This document shows, piece by piece, positions 47,689 to 61,647 of a DNA stretch of 64,000 bases (its first letter is position 1; each line of letters opens with the position of its first letter). Both the position numbers and the translations under genes were made by a program. Origin of the DNA: Parcubacteria group bacterium M6-OD1-4 (lineage in GTDB: Bacteria > Patescibacteriota > Patescibacteriia > Patescibacteriales > UBA12465). Where the stretch lies: NCBI GenBank assembly GCA_003056205.1, contig LSNS01000004.1, positions 124,630 to 188,629 of the forward strand, in the 5' to 3' direction. The notes below the pieces were generated by a model, which worked only from the letters and a program-made list of their open reading frames with translations, was not told where the DNA came from and made no database searches.

Positions 47689-50087
47689 CGACTTTCTTGA
47701 TAATGCCAAACTGGTCCAACGGAAAAAACTTTATTATTTCCTTCCTGATGGATGAGAATTAATAAACGTAAATTCTGGAGGTTTTCTTGGAGTTTCACTC
47801 GTGAATTCGGAAAACTTAAATCTAAGGAATGCTTATTAGCAGAATAATTCAGAACCTTAAACTGCCGGGTAAAATCAATAATAGTTTCGTTATCGCTGGT
47901 ACTTAAAATTTGATTATTTAATTCTTTAATAATAATTTTTCGCAGAGAAAGCAGATTATTAGAGAAATTTTTAATATTCTGTGAAGCGGAAGGAACTTCT
48001 TTGTCTAACTGTAAGGCGGAAAACATTTTGAGCAGCATTGTATCATTAGCTAATAGTTCATTTACCAGATTTAAATTAGGCTCAATATAGGAATTGCGAT
48101 TTAATTTAATTAAACTATTAATATTAGCTCCAGTGGCGGCGGGAACAGGTATTAAATTTTCTAGAGGCAATTGTAAATTAATCCAAGTAGCCACTGCAGT
48201 TTCTAAATTCCGATTTTGCCAGGCCATAGATTGGGTAAAAGTTGGTGAATTTGATTTTGGAAAATTTAAAAATGTTTTAATTAAACTAAGAGTTGTCCAG
48301 TAATTATTAAGATGACTGATATTGCTCTTCAGCATTTCAGATTTTAACTTATTAACTTCCTGGGGATAATTCAAATAATTAGTATTCTCCGTAAAATAAG
48401 GATTATGCTCAATCGGATAAACTAAATTAATCGGATCCAAAACAAAACCATTACAACGTAAGAATTCTGGACGATTATCTTGTTGACAAACAGTAATATT
48501 GTCAAGAACAGTACTCGTTCCAAGATAAGTGCTTACCTGCGGACTTGTTAAATGGCTAAAAATATAATTATTCGGCCAATATGATTCGGCTAAAACTCGA
48601 AAGCCTAATTGAGCTTTAGTACTCGCTAAATTATGATTAAACGCTCCCGAAATGGCAGGAAATTTATAATCTAGAAGTCGTTGCTGAAATTTAGACAAGT
48701 TAGTATCAGCCTGTTTGTTTTGATCATTAAATAACTTAGTAATTTGATAGTGCGCTCCGAATAGGGATTGCAAGGCATCACGATAATTAACATAACTTAA
48801 ATCCTCTCTTAAACCCTTAAAGAAAGAAACTACTTTATAGATTCTCGCCCACTTATTTTTCAATTCAGGAGATAGCGAGAAATCTTGAGAGATTAGACTA
48901 GCCGCAATCAGATTAATTCGCCAATCCGATTGGTCTAACAAACAATGAGGACAATTAGCCTGACGATAGTTCAAAGGAAAAACAGAATTCAACCAACGAG
49001 TTGTTAAATAAAAATTATTTAATTTGGCATTAGTTTGGTAATCAGTGGGAACAATAAAATCTCGATAATTACGCTGATAAAGCAAAACTGGCGACTTAGT
49101 AGAAGTCTGATTTGCCGCGCGAATCAATTTTTCTTCAGTCAAAACATCGTCACGTAAATAAGGCGGGACAACAAAATAAAATTTATTAGCTTCCACCTTG
49201 CTAAAAAGTTTAGAATTAATGGAAGTTTGGTCAGAAGAGATTTGTTGCGCCTGAGGCTTTAATAGTTCTAAGGCAACAGCGAAAAAGGCTGTTTCTAGTC
49301 TTTCTCCTTCTAAAACCGAGTTATTAACATCGCCAATTCTTGCTAAATTAGTCTCATAACGATTGCGGGCAATAGTATAAAGTTTTTTATTAATATCCCA
49401 AAGATTATTGTAAAAAACATTCTTTTCAATATCTTTGAAAGATTTTTTAAGAGTATTTTGATAATTAGCAATCAAAAAATCGGAAGTAATTAAAACGGGA
49501 ATTTGTTTTTGATTTAAATTTTGATAAATAGCATAGAAATCAGGGGCTGATTTTGGCCAAGGATTATCCAGTAAAGCAAAGCCATTGTTATTTAAACTAT
49601 TAAGACCAGGATCGAGATTTAATTTTCGAGAAATATCATAATAATTCAGAACATCAACTTTAACATTAAGAGGTAAAGAATAATGCTTAACTTTAAAAGT
49701 TATTTTATTATCTGGAGATTGATAAAAACTAGCAAAAGTTAAATACTCAATTTTTAAATTAGCTAATGAAGAACTAGCTATTAAAACTGTATTGGTCGCT
49801 ATGGAATTTAAACTTGGTAAACTCGGAGAACTGGTGGCACTAGGTTTCACAGAATGTTTAATAAGTAGCGTCGAGCTTGTTGATGATTGTTGAGAACCAA
49901 TATGAGATTTTCTAAATTTGAAATAGGCACCAATTGCCAAAATAATTAAAATTAAGAAAATAATTAGCCAGAAAATGATTTTTTTAGAAGAAAAACGAGG
50001 TGGTCTCCCGTTCCCAGAATCAGCAGTTAAATTAGTCGCTGAAGAATTAGGGTCAGAAGATAAAATTGTAGCTTCTTCGTTAGGCAT
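47685..50087 (-). CDS. membrane-anchored DUF3160-like extracytoplasmic protein
   Basis: N-terminal TM + S/T linker; L..NGF, Y......IPVLITSD, W..R.L.TA..TW..L, YIEPN patterns; family recalled, not searched. Confidence 0.7.
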   Translation of the reverse strand: MPNEEATILSSDPNSSATNLTADSGNGRPPRFSSKKIIFWLIIFLILIILAIGAYFKFRKSHIGSQQSSTSSTLLIKHSVKPSATSSPSLPSLNSIATNTVLIASSSLANLKIEYLTFASFYQSPDNKITFKVKHYSLPLNVKVDVLNYYDISRKLNLDPGLNSLNNNGFALLDNPWPKSAPDFYAIYQNLNQKQIPVLITSDFLIANYQNTLKKSFKDIEKNVFYNNLWDINKKLYTIARNRYETNLARIGDVNNSVLEGERLETAFFAVALELLKPQAQQISSDQTSINSKLFSKVEANKFYFVVPPYLRDDVLTEEKLIRAANQTSTKSPVLLYQRNYRDFIVPTDYQTNAKLNNFYLTTRWLNSVFPLNYRQANCPHCLLDQSDWRINLIAASLISQDFSLSPELKNKWARIYKVVSFFKGLREDLSYVNYRDALQSLFGAHYQITKLFNDQNKQADTNLSKFQQRLLDYKFPAISGAFNHNLASTKAQLGFRVLAESYWPNNYIFSHLTSPQVSTYLGTSTVLDNITVCQQDNRPEFLRCNGFVLDPINLVYPIEHNPYFTENTNYLNYPQEVNKLKSEMLKSNISHLNNYWTTLSLIKTFLNFPKSNSPTFTQSMAWQNRNLETAVATWINLQLPLENLIPVPAATGANINSLIKLNRNSYIEPNLNLVNELLANDTMLLKMFSALQLDKEVPSASQNIKNFSNNLLSLRKIIIKELNNQILSTSDNETIIDFTRQFKVLNYSANKHSLDLSFPNSRVKLQENLQNLRLLILIHQEGNNKVFSVGPVWHYQESR

Positions 50088-50092
50088 AAAAC

Positions 50093-51040
50093 TTATCTTA
50101 AATATTTATATCTATTTCTCAAATGTTGAGCATAGGTCTCCGCATAAACAACTTTCTGTGTTCCAGAGGGTGTTAAAAAATAATTATATTTAGTGTAAAT
50201 CGGATAAATTGCGGCTTGAATTGCTAAAATTCCAGGATTAGAAATTGGACCCGGAGGTAAACCAGGATATTTATAGGTATTATAACGAGAATCAATCTCT
50301 AAAGACTTACCCTGATGTTGCGCTTCTTGATCGTTTAAAATATAAGAGAGAGTCGCATCTGATTCTAGAGCTTGACCATTTTTGAGGCGGTCCCAGAAAA
50401 TACCTGCAATAATCCGCGCATCCCGATTACCATTTTGCTGATAATTAATTGGGGCTTCTTTTTCAACCAGTGAAGCCATTGTAATAATCTCATAAATTGT
50501 TTTCCCTTGCGATTTAATATCCGCTCTCATTTTTGGAGTTAATTTCTTGTTAAAATTGCTTAACATTTTAGAAATTATTTCTTTTACCGTTGAACTAGCA
50601 TAAACTTGATAAGTATCGGGAAATAAATATCCTTCTAAAGTAGCCCGGGATGGGCGGTTTTTTAAAAAAGGAAATTTATTAGAAAAATAAGTACTAGTCG
50701 CAAATTGACCACTAGGGAAATTCTTCTGGGCTGAACCCGCAACCCGCAAAAAATCATGATTAGTCCAGTTTTCTTTAGTTGCTAGATAATCAGCAATATC
50801 TTTATTGGTCCAACCCTCAGGAATTTGGATTGTTTCTTCTGGCTTTTCCCGAACTACCTGAGGACGAGGTGATTCAAAACGATCAATAACGCGAATAATA
50901 AAACTGGGTAATTCTGATTTATGAGTCAGTATGACTTGGTGATAAATAAATTTAATATAAAAGAGGCTGAGGACTAAAGTGGTCGCTAAAAAAATAATAA
51001 CGATAATGGAGAAATAATGAACTATTTTTTTAATAATCAT
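50093..51040 (-). CDS. mltG: endolytic transglycosylase
   Basis: IPEG, LEGYLFPDTY, ASLVEKE, YNTY...GLPPGPISNPG. Confidence 0.94.
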   Translation of the reverse strand: MIIKKIVHYFSIIVIIFLATTLVLSLFYIKFIYHQVILTHKSELPSFIIRVIDRFESPRPQVVREKPEETIQIPEGWTNKDIADYLATKENWTNHDFLRVAGSAQKNFPSGQFATSTYFSNKFPFLKNRPSRATLEGYLFPDTYQVYASSTVKEIISKMLSNFNKKLTPKMRADIKSQGKTIYEIITMASLVEKEAPINYQQNGNRDARIIAGIFWDRLKNGQALESDATLSYILNDQEAQHQGKSLEIDSRYNTYKYPGLPPGPISNPGILAIQAAIYPIYTKYNYFLTPSGTQKVVYAETYAQHLRNRYKYLR

Positions 51041-51553
51041 TTAATTTTTAGGTGATTTAGTAACTAAGATTTGTTTCTTGACTGAAGGGGATTTCTGAAC
51101 TTGTTTGGCGAAACGTTTTTTCTTAGCTGTGGCAATAATCTTGGAGCTGGCTCTAATTTTTTTACCAAGACCATCGACCATTTTAATGTTTAATTTTTGA
51201 CAAAGTGCATATTCCGGAACATCGTTGACATTCTTGCGATCTCCACCATTAGCAAAAATATCTGGTTTAATTTTTTGAAGAGAACGACAAACTGAATAAT
51301 CTTGATCAATTGCTAAGAAAACTTCATCAACGCCTTTAATGGCTTGGACAATTTTTAAACGATCGGTAGCCGACATAAAAGGAACACTACCCTTTAGTTT
51401 AACTTGATAATCATTATTGATAATAGCAATCAACTTATCCCCTAACTTTTGAGCTTGAAAAATCATGTCTAAATGACCAATATGTAGTGGATTAAAATAA
51501 CCAGAAATAGCGACGACAATAGGTTTTTTACGAGCAGGTTGAGACTTTTTCAT
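51041..51553 (-). CDS. cytidylyltransferase-family protein (TagD/RfaE-II/FAD synthase-like)
   Basis: SGYFNPLHIGH, VDEV, PDIFANGGDR, SS. Confidence 0.88.
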   Translation of the reverse strand: MKKSQPARKKPIVVAISGYFNPLHIGHLDMIFQAQKLGDKLIAIINNDYQVKLKGSVPFMSATDRLKIVQAIKGVDEVFLAIDQDYSVCRSLQKIKPDIFANGGDRKNVNDVPEYALCQKLNIKMVDGLGKKIRASSKIIATAKKKRFAKQVQKSPSVKKQILVTKSPKN

Positions 51554-51620
51554 AAATTTTATTTTAACTAGATAAGAATATTATAACAAAATAATTCAAA
51601 TATTAAAACCTTGTTTTTTA

Positions 51621-51649
51621 AAAAAACCGCTCAACAATGAACGGTTTTT
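51621..51649 (-). terminator. groEL terminator
   Basis: Minus strand CCGTTCA-TTGT-TGAGCGG-T tract. Confidence 0.75.
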
Positions 51650-51674
51650 AGTGATTATAATTTGAGATAATAAA

Positions 51675-53640
<1,966 letters not shown>

Positions 53641-53668
53641 ATTTTTTCTAATATTAAATTAATTAGTG

Positions 53669-53695
53669 TTAGCACTCACTAACTGAGAGTGCCAA
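53669..53695 (-). promoter_or_regulatory. CIRCE element upstream of groES
   Basis: TTAGCACTC-N9-GAGTGCCAA (1 mismatch). Confidence 0.93.
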
Positions 53696-53705
53696 TTACC
53701 TTTTC

Positions 53706-53734
53706 ATTTTAGACTTTTTAAAATTACTTGTCAA
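53706..53734 (-). promoter_or_regulatory. sigma70 promoter of groESL
   Basis: TTGACA-17bp-TAAAAT on minus strand directly upstream of CIRCE. Confidence 0.8.
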
Positions 53735-53771
53735 GACTTTCGAAAGATAATAGAAAAGCTTAAAAAATAAT

Positions 53772-53802
53772 AAAAAAAATCGTCTCCCGAAAGAAGACGA
53801 TT
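53772..53802 (-). terminator. intrinsic terminator after the carbonic-anhydrase-like gene
   Basis: Minus strand AATCGTCTTCT-TTCG-GGAGACGATTTTTTTT. Confidence 0.85.
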
Positions 53803-53825
53803 CTTGATAATAATAAACAAAAGAA

Positions 53826-54674
53826 TTAATTGTTTTGTTCGCTGGAAACAACCATGCCGACTATCTTTACTCGTCCTTGTGAGCTAAGCATAAAATTAGT
53901 TAAAGCCTCTCCTAAATCAGTGAGCTGTTTCTGTCCAGTGGCAAAGATAATAATATAAAAAGGATTCTCTACAGTAAACCTGGAATCAAAACCATGATCT
54001 CCGAGAGAAATTCCCGCTAAAACTTCAGCCTCTCGAGCAACATAATCTACTTCTACTCCTAAACCTAAAGCAGCCGATATAAATCTTGGTGGTAGATCAG
54101 GAACTTGATGGGCATTAAATCTGGCTGTGCCATCAATAATCACCATTCTCTCGTTGTGAATCTCCGCACTAAAATCTTTTTTTTCAAGATGATGATATTC
54201 AGCTCCTAGGAGAGCGGCCTGTTTTTTAGCAAAATACTGAGCAAGCTCATCACTAGTTCTCACTCCTTCGGGCAAAGATTCACCCTTCTTGAGCATATCA
54301 GCAAATTTAATAGCACCGGCTCCACACTCATCATGGCTGGTAACAATTTTAAGTTTTCCTTTATTATTTTTAACAAATTCCTCATTCTCCGAGGAACTGA
54401 ATAAAATACCCGATCCTGCTAAACCAAGTTTTTCATTCTGAGAAAGCATTGAATCGCCATTAACTCGGCCATCAGAACATTCCATAATATCCAGAATACC
54501 ACTAGATTTAAAGGATTTTGAAAACCCCGATAATTCTTCCAGAGTATCACGAAGACCTTCGCTAGCATTCAAGCCAACAATTAAAGGATTAGCTTGAGAT
54601 TCCTCCCATTCCCGATCAAACAACTCTTGACGAATATCATGTCGGAGATTGTTTTCAATTTTTAATTCTGCCAT
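53826..54674 (-). CDS. hypothetical protein with beta/zeta carbonic anhydrase-like metal site
   Basis: CSDGR (CxDxR), LAGSG, SHDECGA (HxxC). Confidence 0.6.
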   Translation of the reverse strand: MAELKIENNLRHDIRQELFDREWEESQANPLIVGLNASEGLRDTLEELSGFSKSFKSSGILDIMECSDGRVNGDSMLSQNEKLGLAGSGILFSSSENEEFVKNNKGKLKIVTSHDECGAGAIKFADMLKKGESLPEGVRTSDELAQYFAKKQAALLGAEYHHLEKKDFSAEIHNERMVIIDGTARFNAHQVPDLPPRFISAALGLGVEVDYVAREAEVLAGISLGDHGFDSRFTVENPFYIIIFATGQKQLTDLGEALTNFMLSSQGRVKIVGMVVSSEQNN

Positions 54675-54767
54675 AATTTTGTTTTTTGATTTTTAAAATG
54701 AACATTTATAATATTACTAATAAATAATATTTATCTGAAAATATTGTGTTAAGTAATAAGCTCTTAA

Positions 54768-55205
54768 CTATTTAATTCCTTTAAGCCGTCGCCAACGCTT
54801 GACCGCTCGGTGACGTGCTAATTCTTTATCTATCCTGGCGGTTAAAGAGAAAAATTCCCTTCCTTGATGATCCTTAAGCTTCTTCTTCAATTCATCGGCT
54901 CGGGTATAAGCCTCATTAACACGCTGATCATCAATTTCTGCAGCCCGCTCAGCGGTGTCTGCTAAAATTACAACTTTACCTTTCATAACTTCAATAAAAC
55001 CACCAGAGACCGACATAATATCCAGGGAGCCATCAGTTAATTTAATTTCAATAACTCCAGCTTGTAAGATTGAAATCAAAGGGATATGTCCAGGCAAAAC
55101 AGTGATTTCACCACTAGTGGTCGGAACAGAAACCTGGAGAATCTTCTCTTTTAAAACTACTCTCTCTAGAGTAACAATCTCAAATTTTATAGTCTTCTTG
55201 TCCAT
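54768..55205 (-). CDS. atpC: ATP synthase F1 epsilon
   Basis: GEITVLPGHIPL, VSGGFIEV, LADTAE. Confidence 0.95.
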   Translation of the reverse strand: MDKKTIKFEIVTLERVVLKEKILQVSVPTTSGEITVLPGHIPLISILQAGVIEIKLTDGSLDIMSVSGGFIEVMKGKVVILADTAERAAEIDDQRVNEAYTRADELKKKLKDHQGREFFSLTARIDKELARHRAVKRWRRLKGIK

Positions 55206-55222
55206 AATTTAACTTAATTAAA

Positions 55223-56611
<1,389 letters not shown>

Positions 56612-56615
56612 TTAT

Positions 56616-57563
56616 TTATTCAGCTAAAGCGTTAGCGCCAGCACTTATTTCCGCTATTTCAGCAGTAATACTAGCTTGGCGTGCTTTATTATAAAACAAA
56701 GTTAATTCATTGACCATATCATCGGCAGCTTCAGTAGCTTGATTCATAGCACTCATTCGAGCACTATGTTCCGAAGCACTAGCTTCTAAAAAAGCTTGAT
56801 AAAGCTGGACTTCAATCAAGCGCGGAATCATTTTATCTAAAACTTCTTGAGGATTGGGCTCAAAAAAATATTCATAAACAAAATCATCTTGACTTAAATG
56901 TTTTTCTTCTCGAGCGGCAGCATCTTCGGGAGTCAAACCAATTTTAGAATCTTTACCAATAATACCTAAATATTCTTCATTCTCTAAAGTAACTGGTAAT
57001 AATTGCTTAATCCGTGGAACCTGGGTAACGGCATTCACAAAATCAGTGTAAGCCACTAAAACTTTATCATATTTTCCAGATTGATAGGCATCCAAAACCA
57101 TTTTTGCTAAAGGATAAACTTCTTGAGAATCAGTAATTAAATCATTTTTTTTAAAATCTGCGACAATATTATAATCTTGATTACGAATTATAGAACCTTT
57201 CGTCCCAACGAGAATAAAATCGGTTTCTAAATTATGTTTTTTAACTGATTCTTTGGCCTTAGAAATTATTAAGGAATTATAGCCACCGCACATCCCCCGG
57301 TTAGAAGTAATCAGGATAATGGCCACACGTTTAATCTCTGATCGCAATTCTAACAGCGGATGAGAAAATTCTGCTTGGCTGATGGGAGCTTGGACTAAAT
57401 GAAGAACCGTCTCCCAACTGAGATTAGCATAAGTTCGCGTTTTTAAAACCGCCGAAATTGCTTTTTTCATTTTAGCTGCCGCCACCATTTCCATCGCTTT
57501 CGTAATCTTACGAGTACTAGTGACAGATTTAATGCGACGAGAAATTTCTTTAGTATTAGCCAT
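56616..57563 (-). CDS. atpG: ATP synthase F1 gamma
   Basis: KITKAMEMVAAAK, RGMCGGYN, ASEHSARM, RQASITAEI. Confidence 0.97.
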   Translation of the reverse strand: MANTKEISRRIKSVTSTRKITKAMEMVAAAKMKKAISAVLKTRTYANLSWETVLHLVQAPISQAEFSHPLLELRSEIKRVAIILITSNRGMCGGYNSLIISKAKESVKKHNLETDFILVGTKGSIIRNQDYNIVADFKKNDLITDSQEVYPLAKMVLDAYQSGKYDKVLVAYTDFVNAVTQVPRIKQLLPVTLENEEYLGIIGKDSKIGLTPEDAAAREEKHLSQDDFVYEYFFEPNPQEVLDKMIPRLIEVQLYQAFLEASASEHSARMSAMNQATEAADDMVNELTLFYNKARQASITAEIAEISAGANALAE

Positions 57564-57565
57564 AA

Positions 57566-59089
57566 TTACTTAAGTAAATAATCAAGAGTTAATTTATAAT
57601 CAGCAAGTAGAGTCTTTATTAATTTTTCAATCTCTTCATCTAAGGCTTTTCTAGTATTAATAAGTTTTAAAACCTCATCATGTAAATCAGCATATTGATA
57701 TAAATTAGCTTCAAATTCTCGCACACGCTTGACAGGAACATCGTCTAAAAATCCATTAGTTAAAGCATAATAAATCAAAACCTGTTTAGCCACCGCTAGC
57801 GGCTGGTATTGATCTTGTTTGAAAATTTCATATAAACGTTGTCCTCGATTTAATTTATTCTTAGTTTCTATATCAAGATCGGAACCAAATTGAGCAAAAG
57901 CTGCTAATTCTCGATATTGGGCAGCTTCTAAACGCATACGACCAGCCACTTTCTTCATCGCTTTAATTTGTGCTGATGAACCAACACGAGAAACTGATAA
58001 ACCCGCGTTAACAGCCGGGCGATTACCTTTATAAAATAAATCTGGTTCTAAGAAAATTTGACCATCAGTAATCGAGATAACATTCGTCGGAATATAAGCT
58101 GACAAATCTCCAGCTTGAGTTTCAATAATTGGCAAAGCGGTAATTGACCCACCACCATACTCTTTATTTAGCTTACAAGACCTCTCTAATAGCCGAGAAT
58201 GAAGATAGAAAACATCTCCTGGATAAGCCTCTCGTCCTGGTGGGCGACGTAATAACAAAGATATTTCCCGATAAGAAACAGCGTGTTTTGATAAATCATC
58301 ATAAATAATTAAAACATCTTCACCCTTATCTAAAAAGTATTCCGCCATCGCGCAACCAGAATAAGGAGAAATATATAACAAGGAGGCAGAGCTAGCAGCT
58401 CCAGCCAAAACTACTGTTGTATATTTCAGGGCTCCTGCCTCTTTTAACTTAGAAACAATATTAGAAACTTTAGATTCTTTTTGTCCAATAGCGACATAAA
58501 TACACTTCATGTTCTGACCTTTCTGATTAATAATAGTATCAATCGCTAAAGCAGTTTTACCTAACTGACGATCACCAATAATTAGCTCCCGTTGTCCCCG
58601 ACCGATAGGAATCATCGCATCAATTGCTTTAATACCAGTTTGCACTGGTTCTTTCACGGGATCACGAGTAATTACGCCTGGAGCAATTTTTTCAATTGGA
58701 TAAAATTTACTAGCAGTGATTTTCCCCTGACCATCTAGAGGTTCTCCTAAAGGATCAACAACACGACCAATTAAAGCTTCGCCAACTGGTACCTCTAAAA
58801 TTCTTTTGGTGGCCAGTACTTCATCCCCTTCTTTAATGGCCGTATAATCACCAAAAATAATAGCTCCCACCTGATTCTCTTCTAAGTTTAAAGCGACACC
58901 ACTAACCTCGCCACGACTAGTTTTGAAAGTTAAAATTTCACTCATCATCGCTTCCGATAATCCAGAGACTAAAGCAATTCCATCAAAAATTTTTAAAACT
59001 CGTCCAACTGATTGTTCTTCAATTTTAACTTGAAAACCAGAAATCTCTTTTTTTAATTGCTCAATGATAAAATCCTTTGTACTAGACAT
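57566..59089 (-). CDS. atpA: ATP synthase F1 alpha
   Basis: [29 protein letters not shown]. Confidence 0.98.
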   Translation of the reverse strand: MSSTKDFIIEQLKKEISGFQVKIEEQSVGRVLKIFDGIALVSGLSEAMMSEILTFKTSRGEVSGVALNLEENQVGAIIFGDYTAIKEGDEVLATKRILEVPVGEALIGRVVDPLGEPLDGQGKITASKFYPIEKIAPGVITRDPVKEPVQTGIKAIDAMIPIGRGQRELIIGDRQLGKTALAIDTIINQKGQNMKCIYVAIGQKESKVSNIVSKLKEAGALKYTTVVLAGAASSASLLYISPYSGCAMAEYFLDKGEDVLIIYDDLSKHAVSYREISLLLRRPPGREAYPGDVFYLHSRLLERSCKLNKEYGGGSITALPIIETQAGDLSAYIPTNVISITDGQIFLEPDLFYKGNRPAVNAGLSVSRVGSSAQIKAMKKVAGRMRLEAAQYRELAAFAQFGSDLDIETKNKLNRGQRLYEIFKQDQYQPLAVAKQVLIYYALTNGFLDDVPVKRVREFEANLYQYADLHDEVLKLINTRKALDEEIEKLIKTLLADYKLTLDYLLK

Positions 59090-59100
59090 ATTATTTAAAA

Positions 59101-59505
59101 CTAATTAGTAATTCTATTTTTTAATTTTTCTAAGTTACTTCGCAAACTACCATCGACTATTCGACTCTGATATCTTAAAATAAATCCGCCCTGTAAATTC
59201 TTTTGTATCTTTTCTCGCAAATTTATTTTAGTCATTCCAGTGCGTTTTTGGAGATAAGAAACAATTAATTCTTTCCCCGTTGACTCTAACTGACGAGCAC
59301 TTAATAGCTCAACAGTTAACTCACCATGTTCACGATCCCATATTTCTTGAAAATCTTTAATAATTTCCACCGCTTGTCCTAAATCATGCTGACGGACTAA
59401 AATTAGTCCTAAGTTATGGACTAGTTTTTCTAGTTCTGGCTTACTCTTATCACCAATTACCTCAAAAAGGCTTTGGGCATATTGTCGACTAGATATTGTC
59501 ATCAT
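59101..59505 (-). CDS. atpH: ATP synthase delta (short form)
   Basis: YAQSLF, L.GG.....IVDGS; operon position. Confidence 0.88.
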   Translation of the reverse strand: MMTISSRQYAQSLFEVIGDKSKPELEKLVHNLGLILVRQHDLGQAVEIIKDFQEIWDREHGELTVELLSARQLESTGKELIVSYLQKRTGMTKINLREKIQKNLQGGFILRYQSRIVDGSLRSNLEKLKNRITN

Positions 59506-59548
59506 ATTTCGTTAATTAAATTCTTTAAGCAATATCGAGATACTTAAA

Positions 59549-60037
59549 TTATTTAATTAAAGTTTTAATTAATTTTTGATCTTGCTGACTATCCATTTTT
59601 TCGGCTAATAATTTTTCAACCGTCAAGATGACCAAATCAGCAACTTCTTTTTTAATTTCCTTTAAAGTTTCTGATTTTTCTCTAAGTAATTTAGCCTTTT
59701 CATCATTAATTACTTGTCCAATATCTTCTTTGGCCTGGATTAACAGTTGTTGACGCTTTTTCTCCCCATTCTTGTTAGCTTCCTCAATAATTAAATTGGC
59801 TTGTTTCTTGGCAGCTACAATGACCGCTTCTCGCTCTTTAGTGGTTAAAGCTAAGCGTTTCTCAATTTCATCGGCATTTTTAAGACTTTTATCAATCTTT
59901 TCAGAGCGCTCCGCCATAATCTTCACTAGGGGTTTGAAAGCAAAATAATACAAAAGTCCAAAAACAATTGCAAAGTTAACTAATTGGGCAATGAATAACT
60001 TTAAATCTAAATGAAAAATAGAAATTAATGAGTCCAT
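59549..60037 (-). CDS. atpF: ATP synthase Fo subunit b
   Basis: AQLVNF TM, KPL...ER..KI, coiled coil. Confidence 0.94.
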   Translation of the reverse strand: MDSLISIFHLDLKLFIAQLVNFAIVFGLLYYFAFKPLVKIMAERSEKIDKSLKNADEIEKRLALTTKEREAVIVAAKKQANLIIEEANKNGEKKRQQLLIQAKEDIGQVINDEKAKLLREKSETLKEIKKEVADLVILTVEKLLAEKMDSQQDQKLIKTLIK

Positions 60038-60076
60038 AATTGTAAACTAAAGAAATAAAAAATAATTATCTAGCCT

Positions 60077-60102
60077 TTTCTCCTAACTTTAATTAGGAGA
60101 AA
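60077..60102 (-). other. intercistronic hairpin between atpE and atpF
   Basis: TTTCTCCTAA-CTTTAA-TTAGGAGAAA perfect 10-bp stem. Confidence 0.7.
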
Positions 60103-60124
60103 TTCGTCAAATCATTATTTGAGA

Positions 60125-60352
<228 letters not shown>

Positions 60353-60393
60353 TTAACAAACTTAATATTTGTTTCCACTTTTTATTATATAAA

Positions 60394-61206
60394 TTAATTT
60401 TCTTCAACTGTGGTGCTAATTGTTAAGTATGTTAACACTAACATCGCAAAAATTAAAGCCTGAATAAACCCAACCAACAATTCCAGAAAAATAAAGGGGA
60501 TTGGTACTCCCCAAGCCAAAATAGCGGACATCGATGCCAATAACACTTCTCCGGCAAAAACATTACCAAATAAACGAAAAGATAGGCTCGCCACTTTAGC
60601 TAATTCACCAATTACTTCAATTAAACTCACAAAAGCTTTAATAGGATTAACCAGAATAACCATCGGATCTTTTCTAATTTTTTTCGGAATATCTAAAAAA
60701 GCTTGAATATTAATAAAACGATTAAAATATTTCCACCAGCCAATAACAACTACTCCTAAAATATGACTTAAAACCACCCCCATAGTTGCCAAAGCAAGCG
60801 TAGTATTTAAATCAGCCGTTCCTCCTCGAAAATAAGGGATAAAAAAATCTTTTCCGCCAGTTCTAATCACTTGGCCAATTGAACCCACGCCTGGCAATAG
60901 CCCCATCCAATTATTAATCAAAATAAAGAAAAATAAAGCAAAAATGACGGGAGCAAATTGTAACGATTTCTTACGACTGCCAGTGATACCGTCAAAAGTC
61001 TCTAAAGAGGCATCAATAATTATTTCTAAGGCATTTTGTAAGCCACTCGGAACTTGTTTCAAATTACGCCGAATTAGAAAAACTAAAACTAAAATAATAA
61101 GTAAAGCTAAGGCGGAAGTCATTAAAGAATTGGTAACAATAAAACTTCCAATATGAGCAATCGGTTCCGAATATAATGTATTTTCATGAATGAGCGACTC
61201 AAGCAT
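60394..61206 (-). CDS. atpB: ATP synthase Fo subunit a
   Basis: NWMGLLPG, TADLNTT, SLSFRLFGNVFAGE, IQALIF. Confidence 0.96.
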   Translation of the reverse strand: MLESLIHENTLYSEPIAHIGSFIVTNSLMTSALALLIILVLVFLIRRNLKQVPSGLQNALEIIIDASLETFDGITGSRKKSLQFAPVIFALFFFILINNWMGLLPGVGSIGQVIRTGGKDFFIPYFRGGTADLNTTLALATMGVVLSHILGVVVIGWWKYFNRFINIQAFLDIPKKIRKDPMVILVNPIKAFVSLIEVIGELAKVASLSFRLFGNVFAGEVLLASMSAILAWGVPIPFIFLELLVGFIQALIFAMLVLTYLTISTTVEEN

Positions 61207-61248
61207 TTTATTTATTCTCTAATACTAGCTTTAATTATATTAATGAGT

Positions 61249-61554
61249 TCAATCAATGTTCTTATCTTCTCGATTTGTATTCTGTTGACTGTTCGTTGAT
61301 TTAGTAACAATTTTCTTTTCCGAACTATGTTGTTCCCGATCAATTCGTTTAAATTCTCTCAAAGCATGCACTGTCAGTCCATAAATGGAAATAAAAAAAG
61401 ATACAGCCATAGTAGTTAAAAATAACCAGGGACTAGTTTCAAATCTATTATCCAACCATTTACCTAAATACAGGCCAACAATAATTGGAAAGGCAATCCA
61501 GACTGAAACATTAACCATGGTTCGAAGAGCGACTCCCCAGGATTCATCTTTCAT
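61249..61554 (-). CDS. AtpZ/AtpI-family (ATPase gene 1) membrane protein
   Basis: GLYLGKWLD.....PW motif, two TM, first gene of atp operon. Confidence 0.85.
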   Translation of the reverse strand: MKDESWGVALRTMVNVSVWIAFPIIVGLYLGKWLDNRFETSPWLFLTTMAVSFFISIYGLTVHALREFKRIDREQHSSEKKIVTKSTNSQQNTNREDKNID

Positions 61555-61595
61555 ATATTTAAATCCGTTTAAAAACAGATACTTAAACCGCTTTT

Positions 61596-61624
61596 TTTAT
61601 AGCGCAAAAAAACTTAAATGTCAA
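61596..61624 (-). promoter_or_regulatory. probable atp operon promoter
   Basis: TTGACA-17bp-TATAAA on minus strand. Confidence 0.5.
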
Positions 61625-61647
61625 GACTCTGGTTTTTTATTTTTAAT

